DNA from: an uncultured Methanosarcinaceae archaeon
GTDB lineage: Archaea > Halobacteriota > Methanosarcinia > Methanosarcinales > Methanosarcinaceae
Direction of reading: 5' to 3'
DNA length: 64,000 nt
Assembly: GCA_963721455.1 (NCBI GenBank)
Contig: CAVRJG010000052.1
Location: 96,001 to 160,000 of the forward strand
Below are positions 34,311-45,243 of this stretch, piece by piece. The position numbers and the translations under genes were made by a program. Every line of letters begins with the position of its first letter. The stretch's first letter is position 1. The notes beneath the pieces are model-generated. The model was not told the origin of the DNA, searched no databases, and saw nothing but the letters and a program-made list of their open reading frames with translations.

Positions 34311-35642
34311 TTACATCCCGAGTTTTTTCTTCATCATCTTCTGAATATTGAATTTTCCGCCTCTAAAACCTTTCAGAGCTGTCTGCATGGTTTTGTGATA
34401 TTTCAGAAGCTCCCTTACTTCTTCAGGGCTGCAGCCCGAACCTCTTGAGATCCTTTTGATCCGGGAGCCCCCTATGAGCTTGGGGTCAGTCATTTCCTCT
34501 TCTGTCATTGAGTCCATGATGATCTTATAATTCTTCATCTTGTCACTGGTAGCCTGGAACATTTCGTCTGAAAGCTTCATGCCTCCCATTCCCCCCATTC
34601 CCATGGGCAGCATGGACATAATCTGCTTGAGAGGTCCCATTTTGTTCATGGCTTGAAGTTGCTTGTACATGTCCTTGAGAGTAAAGCGCCCCTGCATTAA
34701 AGCTTCTACATTCACGTCTTCTTCGCTCAGGGTCTCTTCTGCTTTTTCCATCAAGCTTTTGAGGTCTCCCATGCCGAGAAGCCTTGAAATGAACCTGTCA
34801 GCTTCAAACTTTTCGAAATCTTCCGGTGTTTCCCCGACGCCGATAAACGCAATAGGAGCTTTTGTTTCGGAGACAGCCGAAAGGGCTCCGCCTCCTTTTG
34901 CGGTTCCGTCAAGTTTCGTTATAATAACGCCTGTGATCCCTACAGAATTATTAAAGGCGTGGGCCTGCTGGCTTGCCTGCTGTCCTATACCTGCATCCAG
35001 AACCATGAACTTGTGGTCTGGCTTTGCGACAGCATTGATCCGTTCCATCTCTTCTATCAATTCGGCTTCAAGGGCGTGCCGGCCTGCAGTGTCCACAATT
35101 TTCACGTCGTATTTTTCCAGGGTTTTGAGCCCGTTTCTGGTGATTTCGACGGCATCTGGATTATTTTCTTCTCCATAGAAAGCGACATTGAGCTTTTCAC
35201 AAAGAATTTTAAGCTGGTGATAGGCTCCGGGACGGAAGGTATCTGCGGCAATTACTCCTGCTTTGAGTCCTTTTCTCTGGAAGTAGCGGGCAAGCTTTGC
35301 AGTACTTGTGGTTTTTCCGCTCCCCTGAAGCCCCACCATCATGATGGTCTGGGGTTTGAGCTGGATCTCAGCTCCCTTGCCGATGATCTCCATCAGCTCC
35401 TGGTAAACGATGCGGATTACGTGCTCCCTCGGGTTCATACCTGCAGGAGGGTCTTCTTTCATTGCACGCTCTTTGATTCTCTGGGACATTCCCATAACAA
35501 GTTTTACATTCACATCGGCCTGGAGCAGAGCCCGCTGGATATCCTTTACTACTTCGTTGACCATACGCTCATCAATTCGCCCCGCGCCGATCAGCTTCTT
35601 GAGCGCCCCCTGTAAGGAGTCTCCGAGTTTTTCCATTACCAT
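34311..35642 (-). CDS. srp54: Signal recognition particle protein Srp54
   Basis: [20 protein letters not shown], Met-rich M domain with [11 protein letters not shown]. Confidence 0.97.
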   Translation of the reverse strand: MVMEKLGDSLQGALKKLIGAGRIDERMVNEVVKDIQRALLQADVNVKLVMGMSQRIKERAMKEDPPAGMNPREHVIRIVYQELMEIIGKGAEIQLKPQTIMMVGLQGSGKTTSTAKLARYFQRKGLKAGVIAADTFRPGAYHQLKILCEKLNVAFYGEENNPDAVEITRNGLKTLEKYDVKIVDTAGRHALEAELIEEMERINAVAKPDHKFMVLDAGIGQQASQQAHAFNNSVGITGVIITKLDGTAKGGGALSAVSETKAPIAFIGVGETPEDFEKFEADRFISRLLGMGDLKSLMEKAEETLSEEDVNVEALMQGRFTLKDMYKQLQAMNKMGPLKQIMSMLPMGMGGMGGMKLSDEMFQATSDKMKNYKIIMDSMTEEEMTDPKLIGGSRIKRISRGSGCSPEEVRELLKYHKTMQTALKGFRGGKFNIQKMMKKKLGM

Positions 35643-35885
35643 ATGAAAGTCGTCCTGCTCAGTTTTGCTCAGTTTTTGAGGATGAATAAAAAGATACTCA
35701 CACTTTTTTTGACCTTGTGTAAGAAAGTAACCTTCCTTAATAAGCCTTGAGTTTTAGTAGCTTGAAAAAGGGATAAGTGAATCGATTGTAACATATAAAT
35801 CAGTAATTGGCTATAAAAAAGTTACCGGCTAATTAAAATCTGAAAAGGTGTTAAACACAAACAAATTCAGAAAAGAACTTTACTA

Positions 35886-35960
35886 TAGCGGGGGATGGAT
35901 TCGAACCATCGGTCTACGGGTTATGAGCCCGTCGGGATCTCCTGGCTACCCCACCCCGCT
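35886..35960 (-). tRNA. Initiator tRNA-Met (CAT), copy 1
   Basis: A1-U72 pair, GGG/CCC anticodon stem, anticodon CAT. Confidence 0.95.
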
Positions 35961-36022
35961 ACCGGGTAATTAAAATCTGAAAAGGTGTTAAACACAAGCA
36001 AATTCAGAAAAGAACTTTACTA

Positions 36023-36097
36023 TAGCGGGGGATGGATTCGAACCATCGGTCTACGGGTTATGAGCCCGTCGGGATCTCCTGGCTACCCCACCCCGCT
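36023..36097 (-). tRNA. Initiator tRNA-Met (CAT), copy 2
   Basis: Identical to copy 1; lies within a 137-bp tandem duplication. Confidence 0.95.
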
Positions 36098-36331
36098 ACA
36101 GGGTTTTATTTGTCAGGCCACTTTGCCCAGGACAACTATCACAACATACAAACAATCATTTATATAGTTTTCGCCTGGCATTTTAATCTTCAGAGGTCTA
36201 TCGCGGAATTTAGGCGTTTCTCTAAAGGAATTCCTCAATTCACTGCGACTTTGTCATATTTCTTATTTTTCCCGTTATTTTCTCCGGTTTTTCCGGAAAT
36301 ATATTTGAAATCCGGAACCCTAAATCATATT

Positions 36332-36523
36332 ATGGCAAGGTGCTTATTCTGTGGAGCTTATTGTGAAGTGAAATGCGGAATTTACTGCGAAGGCTATCCG
36401 GGCAGCCAGGGGGAGAAAGAAAAGGAAGAAGGTGCAGAAGTTGTCGGATGCACGCAAGTTGGCACATCCTACATCTGCGATAACTGCCTTAAGGACCTGA
36501 AACAAGCTCTGGAAATCCTGTGA
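36332..36523 (+). CDS. Small Cys-rich (zinc-finger-like) protein, 63 aa
   Basis: MARCLFCGAYCEVKCGIYC...YICDNC; CxxC pairs at both ends. Confidence 0.6.
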   Translation: MARCLFCGAYCEVKCGIYCEGYPGSQGEKEKEEGAEVVGCTQVGTSYICDNCLKDLKQALEIL

Positions 36524-36638
36524 GATTGCTGGAAAATAAAGCTGGAACTTGAAAGGGAGTAAATATTTTTCATGCCCCTGCTCGCTTACTGGAAAGAAGG
36601 TAAAAATGGAAGAAAGGCATGAAAAACGAGGCTGAACT

Positions 36639-37481
36639 TCAGACAACTTCAACATTCAGTGTGAATTTATCTTCTGTGCCTGTTTCATTCTCCCAGGATC
36701 TCTTATATATTCCTTTTACCTGCTGGCTGCCTTCATTTACGGCTTTTATTTCCCATAAATGGACTCCGCCAGCACCAACAAGAGGATGCTCGACTCCTTC
36801 AGGTTTCTTTGCAGGATAGTATTCTCCCCAGACATTGTTGAGTCCCTGGCTCAGGTTGAGTTCCCAGCCATAACCTGTGGATGGATTTTCAGGCAGTTTC
36901 AGGTAAAATGTGCTTCCATTTTCCAGACTTATGTTTGTTCCGTTGTTAGCTTCGGTTATTACCTGCTGTTTCGGCGGCATAGGAACGGGGGGCTCTTCCA
37001 GTACGTTATCTACCTGCAGTTCAAAATACCTTGTTACTCCGTTCACGTTTACAGTGTAATTCCCAGCTTTGAGGCCCTGGACGTCAAGAGGGATTGGTTC
37101 AGTCGTAAAGTTCTTTATAGCCTGCGTACAGACCGCATCTTTCGGGCGTTTTGTACTGATACTGACATTGAAGACGTTTCCTTCCCTTTCAGCCTTTGTT
37201 TCGTTGATCTCGGTGCACCCGTCAGGCAGGTAGCCTTTTGCTATCACCTTTACCTGTACGGGAAAAGATTCAAGGATCATAATCTGGATACTTTCTACGT
37301 TTGCAGTACCGTGTACGTATTCTTCCCCATTGGTCCCCTGACTATCGTTTGTCGTATTTCCAGGCTCTGTATTGTTCTGTCCCTCATCAATGCAGCCTGA
37401 AAGGATAACCGCACAGATCAGAGACAGAGCCGCAATAATTTTCACATCGTTCGCAGATTTATTATCTGGTACTCTTTTCAT
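36639..37481 (-). CDS. Lipoprotein with a C-terminal chagasin-type (I42) protease-inhibitor domain
   Basis: Lipobox LSGC; LPENPSTGYGW, VGAGG..W, YKRSWE chagasin motifs. Confidence 0.88.
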   Translation of the reverse strand: MKRVPDNKSANDVKIIAALSLICAVILSGCIDEGQNNTEPGNTTNDSQGTNGEEYVHGTANVESIQIMILESFPVQVKVIAKGYLPDGCTEINETKAEREGNVFNVSISTKRPKDAVCTQAIKNFTTEPIPLDVQGLKAGNYTVNVNGVTRYFELQVDNVLEEPPVPMPPKQQVITEANNGTNISLENGSTFYLKLPENPSTGYGWELNLSQGLNNVWGEYYPAKKPEGVEHPLVGAGGVHLWEIKAVNEGSQQVKGIYKRSWENETGTEDKFTLNVEVV

Positions 37482-38074
37482 TTCTTCCCCTCTTATTCTT
37501 TCTGATAAGTTTATGAAAAGATGCGCCTGTTCGGATTTATCCTTTGCTTAGACTTCAGTTCTGTTTGAAGCTTTACAGGCTAGATTTCTTTTTTGTTAAT
37601 GCTTGTAAATCTATTAGAATTCTTGTTTGACGGCAAGTCTGCCAATTCCAATGATTCAAATGCTCTTAATGCATACTTCTAAACAAATTTTTATGACATT
37701 AAGGCTTTGTAAAAATCCTCTATATCTCGATATAAATAAGTTAAATTCAATCTTAAAGCCCAACTCTTTATCTTTAACAGAATTTACGGAAAATCATACC
37801 ATATTATCCATATAATTATTTTATTATCCATATAATCATTTATAACACAGTTAACTTTCTATCTTATGTCAAAAAGTATACAATTTGTACCTTCAAGTCT
37901 CAGAAATATCATTTCTTGTATAGAATAAAAAATATGTAGACTTGACATTTAAGGAGATTTCAATTTGAATTTGCAGAAAACAGCTAAAATAGGCACAATA
38001 TACAGGTTAAAAGAAGTGTTTAGAGCAGATTTTTTTCTTGTCCGGTCTCAAACAAAGATCCTGGTGGGATTTGA

Positions 38075-39031
38075 TTGAGAGTTGCAGTCATTACACAGGG
38101 CATTTCTAAAATTTTTGAATCCATTATTGAATCCGGGCATGAGGTAGTGGGAATTGTTGAGTGCGCCCCGGCGCAAGAACCGAACTCGTTCCTCAAAGCA
38201 ACAGGAAGGTTTCTTACAGGTGTTTATTATTCATTTACCTCGCATCCCTTAAATTTAAAAATTTTCTCCACAAAAATGAAGGTCCCTTATTACTACCTCA
38301 GGAAAGGGGATAGTAAGGGTCTGGAAGAATGGATGACGGATCTAGAACCCGATCTGGTAGTTGTGTATTCTATGTCTCATCTCTTGAAGGAAAACATGTT
38401 TAGCATTCCAAAAGTTGGGACTGTTAATATCCATTATTCGCATCTTCCGGAATACAGAGGACCAGCTCCACTTTTCTGGGAATATTATGATTATGTCCTG
38501 AATCCCGGAGTCACTCTTCATTATGTGGATAAGGGGGAGGATACCGGCGATATCATTTACCAGGAAAGGGCCCTCATACGCCCTGGTGAAAAACTCGAAG
38601 AAGTTAATCAAAAGTTATCTCTTATGGGAGAAAAATTGCTTTCAAAGATGATGGATGCCCTTGAAAAAGGAGATGTTCCCAGAATAAAGCAGCCCATAAC
38701 AACTCCAACGGTGAGAGCCAGAAAAATTAAACCTGATGAATACAGCGAACTTATAAAATGGAATGAGTGGGGTGTTGAGAGAGTATTTCATTTTTTAAAT
38801 GGGACTCCGAAGTATCATCCCACTCTGCTGAAGAAAAACAGTTTGCACAAATTCGGGTTCAGGATTAAAATTCTGGATAAGGAAAAATGTAATATTTCCG
38901 GATATAAACTAGGGGATCTTTATAAGGAAAATTCAAGGTATTTTTTCGTTTGCAAAGATGGGAAAATCTATGTTGACATCAGGCTCTCAACCGCGAATTT
39001 TCTTGCCCTGATTTACCCTTATATTTCCTGA
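38075..39031 (+). CDS. Fmt-like formyltransferase family protein
   Basis: NIHYSHLPEYRGPAP and GVTLHYVDKGEDTGDII formyltransferase motifs. Confidence 0.85.
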   Translation: MRVAVITQGISKIFESIIESGHEVVGIVECAPAQEPNSFLKATGRFLTGVYYSFTSHPLNLKIFSTKMKVPYYYLRKGDSKGLEEWMTDLEPDLVVVYSMSHLLKENMFSIPKVGTVNIHYSHLPEYRGPAPLFWEYYDYVLNPGVTLHYVDKGEDTGDIIYQERALIRPGEKLEEVNQKLSLMGEKLLSKMMDALEKGDVPRIKQPITTPTVRARKIKPDEYSELIKWNEWGVERVFHFLNGTPKYHPTLLKKNSLHKFGFRIKILDKEKCNISGYKLGDLYKENSRYFFVCKDGKIYVDIRLSTANFLALIYPYIS

Positions 39032-39795
39032 GCCTGGTCTCTGTAATGCAGAATAAGGTCTTCAGCCCACTGCAGGGGAGCAGGCTCGAAGCCTATAATA
39101 GTCTCCTGGTCAAAAGCGCCTTTTGAAGTAAGAAAGTCAGCAGCCATGAAGCATTCGGTTTTGATCAGCATGGCTATCTTTATCTCGTCAATACAGATAA
39201 AAAGCCGCTTTTTTTCCCTCGCCAGATAAAGTTTCAGTTCTTTTTCGAAATCGTCTTTGAGTCTTTCATAGATTTTTTTTGTTACTATAAGGGTTATCTC
39301 GGTACCATCATCTTGATTTTCCAGAAATATTCCGGAAAATACCGGATGGAATATTGAAGAAAAAGAGAGTATTTTTTTTGATTTTCCTATGTTCTCCAGA
39401 AACACGGCAGGCGGTTCAAAAATATTATCCGGATCAGGTTTAACAAGGGAACAGGGTTTTAATTCATTAAGCCTTCCCAGGAATACTTTGGGTAAGCCGC
39501 TGAGATCGCGTTCCTGCCAGTAGTCCGCGTTTTCCTCAATGACCTGCAGAGTATCGAGCAGGGGCTCCATTTTTTCGACCAGGATTCCCGCAAGAGGAGT
39601 AAGCCTGTATTCCCTATCTTCCTGAAGAACCAGATGCTCATTTTTCAGTTTTTTGATTTGAGGGAGCATTCCTGTCGGGTTGACATGCAGAATATCTACA
39701 ATTTCTTCTATCGTTTTTTCTCCATTTTTGAGCAGGAGCAAGAGGTCTCTTCTTTTCTGGGACATAAAGAGCAGGTCTATCAGGGCTTTGTCCAT
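39019..39795 (-). CDS. Winged-helix regulator with a DUF1724-type C-terminal domain
   Basis: LFMSQKRRDLLLLLK..PQIKKL..YRLT..G; WAEDL..Y C-terminus typical of this Methanosarcina family. Confidence 0.85.
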   Translation of the reverse strand: MDKALIDLLFMSQKRRDLLLLLKNGEKTIEEIVDILHVNPTGMLPQIKKLKNEHLVLQEDREYRLTPLAGILVEKMEPLLDTLQVIEENADYWQERDLSGLPKVFLGRLNELKPCSLVKPDPDNIFEPPAVFLENIGKSKKILSFSSIFHPVFSGIFLENQDDGTEITLIVTKKIYERLKDDFEKELKLYLAREKKRLFICIDEIKIAMLIKTECFMAADFLTSKGAFDQETIIGFEPAPLQWAEDLILHYRDQAQEI

Positions 39796-40176
39796 TGATT
39801 TCACTTTCCATGTCTCGCACTTCTGTGAAAGACTTATTTTTCCTTCGGTTTTTCAGGAAGAGTTCATAAAAGAACTTGCTACTTCTATGAGGGATGATTT
39901 AAAGACTTTCTGAAATGTAACTTTAATTGCATTCTATCAGGATAGCGAGAGTTTCTCATATACTTTTAAATATTTCTCTTTTAATCTTTTCCTGTATTTT
40001 CCTTTGACAAGATAAGAAACCTTAAAATCTATGATTTAAATTATATAGCTCGAAGATAGAATTTGGGAAGTACATACTCCTGAAATAGGAAGTGCATACT
40101 CCTGAAATAGTGAGTGTCCTGACCAAATTCGCAAATTCCGGATCAGGGAGGGCTTTGCATAGAATCATTCAAATGT

Positions 40177-40851
40177 GTGCTTACGAACTGGGATTACATT
40201 TATAATTTGTGCCGAAATATCTCCACGGAAATTAAACGTTCGGGATATGAACCGGAAGTAATTATTGCGCTTGCCCGGGGAGGCTGGTTTGCCGGGCGCG
40301 TACTCTGCGATTTTCTGGGACTTGACGACCTGTCCAGTCTGAAAATCGAGCATTATATCGGAACCGCGGCTATAGATAGCGGTGAGCCTTACATCAGATA
40401 CCCCCTTTCAGACAATGTGATGGAAGGCAAAAAAGTGCTTATCGTGGACGATATAGTTGATACCGGAGAAAGTATGCTGAGTGCCAGGGCTTATGTGGAA
40501 GGCCGGAATCCCACGGAAGTCAGGACTGCTTCATTACAGTACCTGGGAAGTTCGAAAATCGACCCCGACTACGTGGGCGAACGGCTCGAAGATTGGGCCT
40601 GGATCGTCTATCCCTGGAATTTTATGGAAGATATGATCAGCATCCTGACCAAATGTATGAGAAAAGACCCTCAAAAACAATGGAATCTTGAAGACCTCAA
40701 ACACAGCCTCTATATAAACCACGCAGTTGACTCTGTTGTCTTTGAAATCACCCAGCCAGGAAGGCTTCCGGAAGTCCTGGAGGAGATGGAGAGAGTCCGC
40801 AGGGTCAGTTCCGAAACCATAAATGGAATGAAGCACTGGAGGCTTTTATAA
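40177..40851 (+). CDS. Phosphoribosyltransferase (Gpt/Hpt-like); exact start uncertain
   Basis: ALARGG, VLIVDDIVDTGES PRPP loop, WIVYPW; frame also open upstream (..ESFKC), GGGAGG at 40146. Confidence 0.88.
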   Translation: MLTNWDYIYNLCRNISTEIKRSGYEPEVIIALARGGWFAGRVLCDFLGLDDLSSLKIEHYIGTAAIDSGEPYIRYPLSDNVMEGKKVLIVDDIVDTGESMLSARAYVEGRNPTEVRTASLQYLGSSKIDPDYVGERLEDWAWIVYPWNFMEDMISILTKCMRKDPQKQWNLEDLKHSLYINHAVDSVVFEITQPGRLPEVLEEMERVRRVSSETINGMKHWRLL

Positions 40852-41013
40852 AAACCTTTATTATAAATTTATATTCATCAGCAGGTTAATAATCAATGCT
40901 TCCCACTGGAAAGCCGGAAGAGATTTGCAACCCTACAGGGCTTTTTTGCCCTTGCCGGTTGGAGATTTCTCTTTCGCTTAAAAGTAAGTGTTAAACCGTA
41001 AATACAAATATAC

Positions 41014-41128
41014 ATATCTATTTAGGGTATCTGTTTAAAGTACCCATAGGGATATCATTTAAATTTGCTACTCTGGATACCCATTTAAAGTATCTGTTTA
41101 AGGTACTGACTTATGGTATATCAGTTAC
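41014..41128. repeat. Degenerate 12-13-bp tandem array (RTAYCYRTTTARR)
   Basis: Units ATATCTATTTAGG, GTATCTGTTTAAA, GTACCCATAGGG, ATATCATTTAAA, ..., ATACCCATTTAAA, GTATCTGTTTAAG. Confidence 0.55.
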
Positions 41129-41165
41129 GACAAATTAGTTCATATTATCTATTACCGGTGAATTC

Positions 41166-41624
41166 ATGCCCCACAGATGCACCAGATGCGGAACCATTTT
41201 TGAAGACGGAGATACTGTCGTCCTAAGCGGCTGCCCGAACTGCGGCTGGAATAAATTCCTTTATGTAAAAAAGGAATTCGAAGGTTCGGAAAACCAGGGA
41301 AGGCCCGCTCTGGAAGAACAAAAACTGGATCTGGAATCCTCTCTGGATGAAGTTGTCAGAAATATTGATGAGGCTCTTGCTTCTGAACAGGAAAACAGGA
41401 ATCAGGAGCCAGAAGCCGAGAGGAACACAGATGAAGAAAGAGTAGAGTCCGTAAGGATTCTTGGGCCCGGCTCCTACGAGCTTAATCTGAACTCCCTTTT
41501 GGAAAGAAAAGAACTAGTTATGGCAATCAGAGAAGAAGGTTCTTACGCCCTTCATTTGCCCTCTGTTTTCAACCAGCAGAAGGAAAAACAAAAAAATAAA
41601 ACAAAGTCAAGAAAACAGAAATGA
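41166..41624 (+). CDS. Zn-ribbon protein (DUF2072 / OapC-like)
   Basis: MPHRCTRCG..F.DG...LSGCPNCGWNKF.Y; ESVRILGPGSYELNL. Confidence 0.85.
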   Translation: MPHRCTRCGTIFEDGDTVVLSGCPNCGWNKFLYVKKEFEGSENQGRPALEEQKLDLESSLDEVVRNIDEALASEQENRNQEPEAERNTDEERVESVRILGPGSYELNLNSLLERKELVMAIREEGSYALHLPSVFNQQKEKQKNKTKSRKQK

Positions 41625-41915
41625 TTTTTAAATTGCCGGAAATTTCTTGCCTGGATATTTTTTAAAATACTTTTCCGGATAGTCCTCATATTATAATCGA
41701 TTTACTTCTATATTTTAATTACTCACTTAAATTCTCATACCAATGTTGGCTTTTTTTAACATGTGTATTTTGCATTCTAACTCTTTATATTCGCTTCTCA
41801 CTTCTTATATCATTTATTTTTCAGTTACACTACGATCTAATCTTATACGTTATCATACCATCCAGTCTTTCTAACCTGTTTAGTTATAAAATGAGCATAA
41901 CTCTCAATACAAATA

Positions 41916-41947
41916 TTTATATATAATAGGTGCTAACTATAGGTTAC
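41916..41947 (+). promoter_or_regulatory. Heat-shock operon promoter: TATA box plus HSR1-like operator
   Basis: TTTATATA at 41916-41923, then CTAAC-TATAG-GTTAC at 41933-41947. Confidence 0.6.
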
Positions 41948-42147
41948 TATCTTATGTGTACTCCTTTCCAGTTGGTCTTCTGGGCAAAGTTTCAAGCAGG
42001 GATTTTTCGTATTCCTGTCCGAATTTACTTAAGACTATGATGTATTATAATAATCTAAAATAATAATCTAAAAAACAGACAAAATGAAAAAGTCCGGCAT
42101 ACTGCCTTAATATCTCATAAAATTTAGACAATTATCTGAGGGGAAAA

Positions 42148-42840
42148 ATGGACCCAGCAAAATTACTTGACATCCTGGGGAATGAAAACCGCAGGAAGAT
42201 TATTCAACTTCTTGCAGACCGCCCCTGCTATGTCAGTGAGATTTCTGGCAGACTGGGAGTGGGGCCAAAAGCCATAATCAGTCATCTAAGCATGCTTGAA
42301 CAGGCAGGGCTTATAGAATGCAGCGTGGATGAGCAGAGGCGCAAGTACTTCAATATCGCAAATAACATGCGGCTTGAGGTGTCAGTGTCCCCATATGCCT
42401 ATACAGTGGCACTTTACGATATCGCTTTTGACAGGGAGAATAAAGGAGAGTCTCCGGTTACTGGAAAAAAAGAGATTCCTGCCAGAGAAGAGTCATCTGT
42501 TTTCTTTCTGAAACTGAGCAGCAGGCTTCAGGAACTGAAAACCAGGCAGGAAGAGCTTTCACAGATGCAGCAACAGCTCCAGGCAGAGTACACGGAACTG
42601 ATGGGCCGTTGCCTGGACTCAATTGAACATGTTGCCAGGAACCCCGGAGAATGCGAACTCCTGTTTGAGCTTCTAAAAAACGAAACCACTCTAGCTGCCC
42701 TATGTTACAACCTGCATCTGCACCCGAGTATCATCAATGCTAACCTGATAAACCTTGCAGAGAGGGGGTTTATTGAGTACAGTATCAAAAATAACCAGCA
42801 TTACTGGAAAATATGTGAGACCGGAGTTGAGAATAAATGA
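42148..42840 (+). CDS. ArsR-family heat-shock repressor (HSR1/Phr-like)
   Basis: [37 protein letters not shown]; coiled coil; first gene of a cdc48-hsp20 operon. Confidence 0.82.
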   Translation: MDPAKLLDILGNENRRKIIQLLADRPCYVSEISGRLGVGPKAIISHLSMLEQAGLIECSVDEQRRKYFNIANNMRLEVSVSPYAYTVALYDIAFDRENKGESPVTGKKEIPAREESSVFFLKLSSRLQELKTRQEELSQMQQQLQAEYTELMGRCLDSIEHVARNPGECELLFELLKNETTLAALCYNLHLHPSIINANLINLAERGFIEYSIKNNQHYWKICETGVENK

Positions 42841-45101
42841 TTGAGGAAATGAATTTGAGAGTAGCTGAAGCTTATCATAAGGACGTGGGCAGGGGAATTG
42901 CGAGAATTGACACCCGGCTGATGCAGCAAATGGAACTTATAAGCGGGGATATAATTGAGATCTCGGGGAAAGCCAAGACTTATGCAATTGTCTGGCCAAA
43001 TGTAGAACGCGAGCAGGAAAACAGGATCCGGATAGACGGAAACCTGCGCAGCAATGCAAAAGTGGGGATTGACGACAGGGTCACGATCCAGAAAGTCCAG
43101 GCAAAACATGCTCAGAGGGTCACCCTCGCTCCTTCCCAGCCGGTAAGGCTAGTTGGAGGTGCACATTACATCCTCAGAATTATCGAGGGAAGGCCTTTGA
43201 ACAAAGGCCAGCAGATCAGGGTGGAAACTGTAAATAACCCGCTGACCTTCGTGGTCGCATCTACAAGACCTGCAGGGCCTGTTGTCGTTACCAAGGACAC
43301 TGAAATTGTAATTAAGGAAAAATCTGTTCAGGAAATCAAAACTCCAGAAGGTATCTCATATGAGGATATAGGTGGGCTCAGGCGGGAAATCCAGCTTGTC
43401 AGGGAAATGATCGAGCTGCCGTTGAGACACCCTGAACTCTTCCAGAAGCTTGGCATTGAGCCCCCGAAAGGAGTGCTTCTTCACGGGCCTCCCGGAACGG
43501 GCAAGACGCTGATCGCAAAGGCAGTTGCGAGTGAAACTGATGCCAATTTCATTACTATCAGCGGCCCTGAGATTGTTTCCAAGTATTACGGAGAAAGCGA
43601 GCAGAAGCTCCGTGAGATCTTCGAGGAAGCTGAGAAAGATGCACCTTCGATTATCTTCATAGACGAGATCGATTCCATCGCCCCCAAGCGCGGTGAAGTT
43701 ACAGGGGAAATGGAGCGCAGGGTAGTTGCCCAACTTCTTTCCCTGATGGACGGGCTTAAGTCCAGGGGTGAGGTGGTGGTGATCGCTGCTACAAACCGTC
43801 CGAACTCCATCGATGAGGCTCTCCGCCGCGGTGGAAGGTTTGACAGGGAGATCGAAATCGGAATTCCTGATCGGAATGGCAGGAAGCAGATTCTTCTCAT
43901 TCACACAAGAGGCATGCCCATTGAACAGGAGGTAAGCCTTGGTGAAATTGCCGATGTGACCCACGGTTTCGTCGGAGCTGATCTGTCTTCCCTCTGTAAG
44001 GAAGCTGCAATGCACGCCCTCAGAAGGATAACTCCCGAGATTGATATCGAAGAAGAAATTCCGCAGGAAATTCTTGATAACCTTGTGGTCACAAAAGAGG
44101 ATTTCAGGGAAGCTCTGAAGAACATCGAGCCTTCTGCCATGAGGGAGGTCTATGTTGAAGTTACGCATGTGGGCTGGGATGATATCGGAGGACTTGAAAA
44201 TGCAAAACAGGAACTTATTGAGGCTGTAGAGTGGCCCCTGAAGTATCCTGAAATATTCAAGATTGTCAGTATAAAGCCCCCCAGGGGAGTATTGCTGTTT
44301 GGGCCTCCGGGTACGGGTAAAACTCTGCTTGCAAAGGCTGTTGCCAGTGAAAGCGAAGCCAATTTCATCAGCATCAAAGGCCCCGAACTGCTCAGCAAGT
44401 ATGTGGGTGAATCCGAGCGTGCGATCAGGGAAACCTTCCGGAAAGCAAAACAGGCTGCACCGACTGTTATTTTCTTTGACGAGATCGACTCAATTGCCCC
44501 TCAAAGAAGTTCTGTTTCCGATACGCATGTCTCCGAAAGAGTTGTCAGCCAGATCCTTACCGAGCTGGATGGAGTAGAGGAACTCAAGGATGTGATAATT
44601 GTTGCGGCCACGAACCGGCCTGACATGGTAGATCCTGCTCTCCTAAGGCCTGGCCGCTTTGACAGGCTCATCTATATTAAGCCGCCTGAAAAAGCAGGCA
44701 GGGAAAAGATCTTTGAGATCCATACACAGGGAAAACCCCTTGCAGAGGATGTTAAACTCTCCGAACTCGCTGACATGACCGAAGGATACGTGGGTGCAGA
44801 TATCGAGGGCATTTGCAGGGAAGCTGCAATGCTGGCCCTGAGGGAGATAGTTACTCCAGGGATTGGCCGAAAGGATATTGAGGAACGGGCAGGAGAAGTC
44901 AAGATTTCGAAGAAGCACTTTGAACGTGCAATCCGGCGTGTGAAGCCAACAACATCCAGGGAATCTCTCGCGGCTTATGAACAAAGTGCCGAACTCTTTG
45001 CTAAATATGCAACCGAGTTTGGAGAAGAAGCTGCCGAAGACGTAGAGCAGGAAAAAGAAATCGAACATAAAAATGTCCCGGGTTTATCTCAGGCTGAATA
45101 A
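42837..45101 (+). CDS. cdc48: CDC48/VCP family AAA+ ATPase
   Basis: N-domain [10 protein letters not shown]; two AAA modules ([21 protein letters not shown] / LLRPGRFD). Confidence 0.96.
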   Translation: MIEEMNLRVAEAYHKDVGRGIARIDTRLMQQMELISGDIIEISGKAKTYAIVWPNVEREQENRIRIDGNLRSNAKVGIDDRVTIQKVQAKHAQRVTLAPSQPVRLVGGAHYILRIIEGRPLNKGQQIRVETVNNPLTFVVASTRPAGPVVVTKDTEIVIKEKSVQEIKTPEGISYEDIGGLRREIQLVREMIELPLRHPELFQKLGIEPPKGVLLHGPPGTGKTLIAKAVASETDANFITISGPEIVSKYYGESEQKLREIFEEAEKDAPSIIFIDEIDSIAPKRGEVTGEMERRVVAQLLSLMDGLKSRGEVVVIAATNRPNSIDEALRRGGRFDREIEIGIPDRNGRKQILLIHTRGMPIEQEVSLGEIADVTHGFVGADLSSLCKEAAMHALRRITPEIDIEEEIPQEILDNLVVTKEDFREALKNIEPSAMREVYVEVTHVGWDDIGGLENAKQELIEAVEWPLKYPEIFKIVSIKPPRGVLLFGPPGTGKTLLAKAVASESEANFISIKGPELLSKYVGESERAIRETFRKAKQAAPTVIFFDEIDSIAPQRSSVSDTHVSERVVSQILTELDGVEELKDVIIVAATNRPDMVDPALLRPGRFDRLIYIKPPEKAGREKIFEIHTQGKPLAEDVKLSELADMTEGYVGADIEGICREAAMLALREIVTPGIGRKDIEERAGEVKISKKHFERAIRRVKPTTSRESLAAYEQSAELFAKYATEFGEEAAEDVEQEKEIEHKNVPGLSQAE

Positions 45102-45243
45102 GCCTGCTTCCTGAAAGGCCGGCAAATCCCGGCATTTTCAATTTTGAAAGATTAAGGGACTACTCAAAGAATAATGGTTGATTTGATTAATACTCACCTG
45201 ATAATGAAATTACGAATGGATAAATTAATAATGGAGTGATTAT

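Noticed and set aside
40899-40915. ORB-like TCCCACTGGAAA near the OapC-like gene, suggesting a replication origin
   Set aside because: Single copy, no G-string, no cdc6/orc1 in the window
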